Shown here: piece by piece, positions 59,171 to 64,000 of the stretch
Layout of the letters: the number at the start of each line of letters is the position of its first letter
Position numbering within the stretch: position 1 is the stretch's first letter
Assembly (NCBI GenBank): GCA_028826165.1
Contig: JAPDFW010000026.1
Location: 5,761 to 69,760 of the forward strand
Length of the DNA: 64,000 bases
Origin: Anaeramoeba ignava BMAN
Lineage: Eukaryota; Protista; Anaeramoebae
Reading direction: 5' to 3'
Made by a program: the position numbers and the translations under genes
The notes under the pieces: generated by a model
The model's database searches: none
Told to the model about the DNA's origin: nothing
The model's input: only the letters and a program-made list of their open reading frames with translations

Positions 59171-62100
59171 TTAATCTGAGTAAATATTATTAAGAAATTT
59201 TGTTTCATCATAAAATTCGCAAGTAATAACATTTCCTCCAAAATATCGATTATCTAAAGAAAATTGAGCTTTATCAGCATTTTCCAAATTTTGATATAAA
59301 ATGAAAATTTTAATATTTTCTTTTTTTTCTTTTTTAGAATTTGATTTATTAGAACTTTGATAAACATAAATATCTTGAATAATTCCAAATTTTGAACATT
59401 CTTCATAAACTTCCCTTTCAAGATCTTCATCAACTTCATTTGAATCAACCATATTTTGTAAACAATACATCGCAGAAGTAGGTTTTTCTTTTCTTTGATA
59501 GTCTTTGGATTGATTATTGATGTCTAGTATTTGTATCAATATGTGAATCATCAAGTTTTTCCATTTCTTCTTGATTTTTTAAGTGATTTTGATTAAATTG
59601 ATTTTGATTAAATTGATTTTGGATTAAAGTGATTTTGATTAAATTGATTTGGATTAAATTTAGATTTGAAGTATTGATTTGGTTTTGGTCGATTTAAATT
59701 GATTTTTGATTAAGTGTTTGTAATTAAATTGATTTGGATTAAAATTGGTCGATTTTTAGATTTTAAATAAATTTGATTTCGAAAAATGATTTTTTAAAAA
59801 TGAGATTTGGAAAATGATTTTGATTAAATTGATTTTGGAAAAATGGATTTTGATTAAATTGTGATTTAGGTGGAGTTTTTGAATTTTTATTTGATGGTTT
59901 GACTTTTAATTGTTTTTCCTGCTAATTCAAATCCATCCATTTGATCAAGTGCTTTTTGTGCTGATTCTTCATTCTCAAATTGAATAAATACATCCTCTGT
60001 GTGTTCCTTTTTGTTTATCAATCTCTTTAAATTGTGATTAAATTAAATTAAAATTAAATTGATTAAATTAAAATTAAATAAAATGTAAATTAAAATTAAA
60101 TTAAATTAAATTAAATTAAATGAATTAAATTAAAATTGAATTGAAATTAAAATTGGAATTTAATGTTAGATAATTGGGCATGATTTAATTTTTCCAAAAC
60201 TCAAAAATTTTGTTCTAAATTTTCATTTGTATTATTTCAATTATTAGATCAAATATAAATTGTTCTTTTTTGAAATTTGATAATCCATTAAAATTTTGTG
60301 ATTCTGATTTGTGATCCGTTGATTGTGATTCTGATTGTGATTCTGATAAAAAGCATTATGAGTCAAATACCATTGAATTTTTGGTTTTTCATGAACTATG
60401 AAAAAATAAATTGAGTCTATCAATTCTTTGCTCTTTTAGCTGATTTATGAAATGAATATTCAATAAAAGACAAATCTTTATGTTTGTTTTGTTGTTGGTT
60501 ATTCTATTTAAAATTTAATAAATTTTAATAAATTTATTTAATTTAATAAATTTTATTCCACTTTTTAAAAATCTATATTATAGTATAAATAAAATAATAA
60601 ATTCAAATCTAAAATTAAATATTAAATTAAATATTAAATTAAATATTAAATTAAAAAATTAAGAAATTAAAATAAACATACAAATGGCATATCCATGACT
60701 TTTAATTGGTCCAAAAGCTCAAAATAAATCTTTAATTTCTTTAATACTTGTATTATTATCCAATCAATTTTGAATAAATAATCTAATTTTTGAATTTTAA
60801 TTGTAATTCTTCTTGTGTTTTTAAATCTAAACGCAGTTTTTAGAAACTTGTTGACTTATTTTAATGAAATATTTCCATTCTAATAAAAATAGAATTAGAA
60901 AAAGAAAAATTTCCATTCATATATAATTATAATATATATTACAAAATAAATAAATAAATATTAAAAATATTAATAATTAAATAATAATTTAAATATTATT
61001 TAACTTTCTATTACTTATTCAATACTATTTTTATCAAAATAAATAATTTCTGTTTTTAAAATTAATTTAGGTAAATGGTCCTTATTTTTACTTCTAAATA
61101 TTATTTTCCAAATTATTTAATTTAATGAATTTAATTTTAAAGTTATGATTAATTACTGTTTGATTAGATTTTGCATTTGTAATATATTTTCATTGCTGTT
61201 CTTTTTCTGAATTCTGGCATAGAACTTGAAGAAGAATATCACTGAAGAGTATTATCATTTTCATTTGAAATTGTTGAATTCTTTGATTTTTATTTGAATT
61301 TCTTGATTCAATTTCCTTAAAATGATTTGATTTACTTTTGAATTTTGAATGATGATTGAAATGTGTTGATTTCTTTTTAAATGGATTGATTTGATGTGAA
61401 TTTCTAAAATGTGTGTATGTGTTGATTGATTTAAATGTTGATTGATTCAATTTTCTTGAATGATTTGATTTGACTTCAATTTGAATTTCTTGAATGATTT
61501 GAATTTCGAATTTCTTGAGAATGATTTGATTTACTTGAATTTTTGAATTTTTTGATTTGAATTTTTGAATGATGTGAAGATGATATGATGGATGATTTGA
61601 ATAATGTGAATGATGTGAATGATGTGAATAATGTGATTTAATTTCTTGAATGATTTTTGAATGATTTAAATATTGCTGATTGTTTGAATTTCTTTACGAT
61701 GATGTATATGTATTTGATTGATTTTAAATTTCTTTGAATGATGTGTATTGATTGATTTAAATGTGAAATTGTTGAATTTCTTGGAATGATGGAATGTGTG
61801 AAAAGAATTTAAATTGAATAGTGATTTCTTGTATGTGTTGATTGATTTAATTTTTGAATTATCTTTTTATTGATTTTCTTGAGTTTTTCTCTTTTCATGT
61901 TTTTTTCATTTTTCTCAATTTTGTTTCTTCTTTTTCTTTTTTTCTTTTAAATTTGTTTTTTTAAATTTGATTAATTATAGTTTTATTTTAATTTTTGATT
62001 TGAAATTGTTTGTTTTAGATCTAAAATCATTATTTGATGTTTTAAATTATCAATTTCATCTGATTTTCTTTGTTTTTGTTTTATCCATAATAGAATGTAA

Positions 62101-63266
62101 TTTTATTTTTTTGAGTTTTTCTTTTTTTTGATTTTTTCTTTTTATTATTTCTTTTTGAATTTCATTTTAGAATTTGATTTTGAATTGATTTTGAATTTGA
62201 ATTTGAAATTTGAATTTGAATTGGTGGTTTTTGATTCTCCTTTGATTTTTGAATTTGAATTTAATTTGAATAAATTTGATTTTGATTTTGATTTTGTTTT
62301 TAATTTGATTTTTAATTTGATTTTGAATTTTGATTTTGAAGTTGAATTTGATTTGATTTTGAAGTGAATTGATTTTGATTTTGATTTTGGATTTTAAATT
62401 ATCTTTTAAATTTGATTTTAAATTTTCTTTTAAATTTTTAAATTTTTTTTTTATCTTTTGATTTTTTTTGATTTTGAATTTGATTTTGAATTTTCTTTTA
62501 AATTTTCTTTTAAATTTTAAATTATCTTTTGATTTTTGATTTTGATTTTTGATTTTACGGGATTTTGATTTTGATTTTGAAGTTGATTTTTTTTAAGTTT
62601 TGATTTGATTTGATTTTGAAGTTGATTTTGAATTTAGTTTTGATTTTGAGTTTGATTTTCGTTGTTTGAGTTTTTATTTGAAGTTGATTTTGATTTTGAA
62701 GTTTTTTTTTCTTTCGAGTTTGAGTTTTTGAAGTTATTTTGTTTTAATTTTCTTTTTAATTTTTGTTGTTGATATTTTAATAAATCAATTTTTCTTTGTT
62801 TTTCTTTTAATCTTTCTTTGTTTTTGGATTTTTTGGGTCTTAAATTAAATTTTATTTTTTTTTTAAAAAGATTTCTTTTAAATTTTTGAATGTTTTGATC
62901 ATTTTCTTCCAATGATTTTTAATTTTTCTTTTAATTTCTTTTAATTGTTTTTTAATTGATTTCTGTTGATTCTGTTGTTTATTTTGAAGAAAAATTGTGA
63001 CTTTATTCAATTTATTTTTGAATGAATTTCATTTTAATTTAATTGAATTCAGATTACGCAGTTAATTTTTTGTTTTTAATTTGTTCATTCTTTTGATTGA
63101 TTCATTAATTGGTGATTGAAGATTTTGATAAATTTAAAGTTTTGATTTTATTTTATTTTATTTTTATTTTTATTTTTACTTTTTATTTGTTTTTTATAAT
63201 GATTTTTATTTGAAAAAGAATGTTTTTCTTTGAAGATTTATTTAAATTATGATTTTCTAAATCCAT
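59171..63266 (-). CDS. PUF60: PUF60/half-pint-like splicing factor (RRM-RRM-UHM) with long low-complexity N-terminus; many indels
   Basis: UHM: LQNMVDSNEVDEDLEREVYEECSKFG...IKIFI...LDNRYFGGNVITCEFYDETKF. RRM1 fragments AFGPIK and MDMPF|NNQQNKHKDLSFIEY (intron 60681-60504). RRM2 FIQFENEESAQKALDQMDGFELAGKTIK. The start at 63266 is tentative. Confidence 0.75.
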
Positions 63267-63659
63267 TTTAAATTTTATTTTTTTTAAATTTATATGTTTT
63301 TTAAAATGAAAAATGAAAAATGAAATTTTTAATTTTACGTTAAAGTTTTCCATGAAAGAAAAATTTGAAAGAAAATTTTTGAAAGAAAAAGAAAATTTTT
63401 GGAAAAGAAAGCATAAAAATCATTATTATCCAAAAATAACAATGATAATTGAATTTAAAAGTTAAAGAATGAGAGAAAAAATGGAAAAAGAAAAATCAAA
63501 ATCAAATTAATCAAAATGAATCAAATTAGATAAAAATATTGATGAATTGAATCAAATCAGGTCAAATTATCAAATTTATTGAATTAAATTAAATAAAATT
63601 AAATTGAATTTAATCAAATGCAATTAAATCAAAATCAGATCAAATTGAATTGAATTGAA

Positions 63660-64000
63660 TCAATCTCTTTTTGTTGAGGATTTTTCTTTAAAACAGATCA
63701 TCCAAAATTTGGCAATTTTAGGTTGTTTAGGTGTTGAATTTGTTTAACTTGGCCTCTTCCTTTCTTGCTCTCCTCCTCTTCCTCTAGAAATGCTTGACCT
63801 GATTTTGTTTCTAAATATCAGGAGGGCTTTACCTTTTGATACCTCCCCGTGTTGTTTGTTCCATTTTTCTTCCCTGATCTTTTTCCTTTTGATTTTACCT
63901 TTTTCTTCTTCTTCCTTCCCGATTTTTGATTTTCTTTATCCTTGTTGCAAATCAGACAAATGTACTATTGTTTGTCAAAAATCTTCTAGTTTTGTTCACC
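63660..64000 (-). other. Probable 3' end of another gene (error-rich, K/E-rich)
   Basis: Higher GC; short reading-frame fragments such as ETKSGQAFLEE and RRARKEEAKLNKFNT; no intact ORF. Confidence 0.3.

Noticed and set aside
1-64000. Non-standard genetic code (TAA/TAG = Gln as in hexamitid diplomonads)
   Set aside because: Long ORFs are open under the standard code, and conserved proteins (ASCT, CENP-T, PUF60, BTB) end at TAA at the expected positions.

Overview
Very AT-rich eukaryotic DNA with GT-AG spliceosomal introns and the standard genetic code. Gene content (hydrogenosome-type acetate:succinate CoA-transferase, expanded Ank-BTB and RCC1-BTB families, QN-rich low-complexity tracts, TCATTT initiator-like motif) suggests an anaerobic protist, most plausibly the metamonad Anaeramoeba; this is an inference. 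About 18 genes can be reconstructed by hand: BTB-BACK, a PH-like protein, a ~2980-aa neurobeachin-like protein lacking BEACH/WD40, a Frag1/DRAM-like protein, a tail-anchored coiled-coil protein, ASCT/ACH1, an F-box multi-TM protein, two Ank-BTB genes, a Q/N-rich protein, a bacterial-type DUF1648 protein, a CH + PH-like giant, three tandem RCC1-BTB genes, CENP-T and PUF60. There are two ~144/~160-bp satellites and five kb-sized introns filled with 12-mer repeats. The standout, almost invisible in the ORF track, is a minus-strand ankyrin-BTB gene (54909-58921). Each ankyrin repeat is one ~93-nt phase-0 exon, and the two variable beta-hairpin residues between consecutive repeats are each encoded by their own 3-nt single-codon microexon (AG-NNN-GT): 21 clean cases plus 1 degenerate, about 34 exons in 4 kb. 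Indel density rises beyond ~53 kb, so frameshifts there are probably consensus errors.
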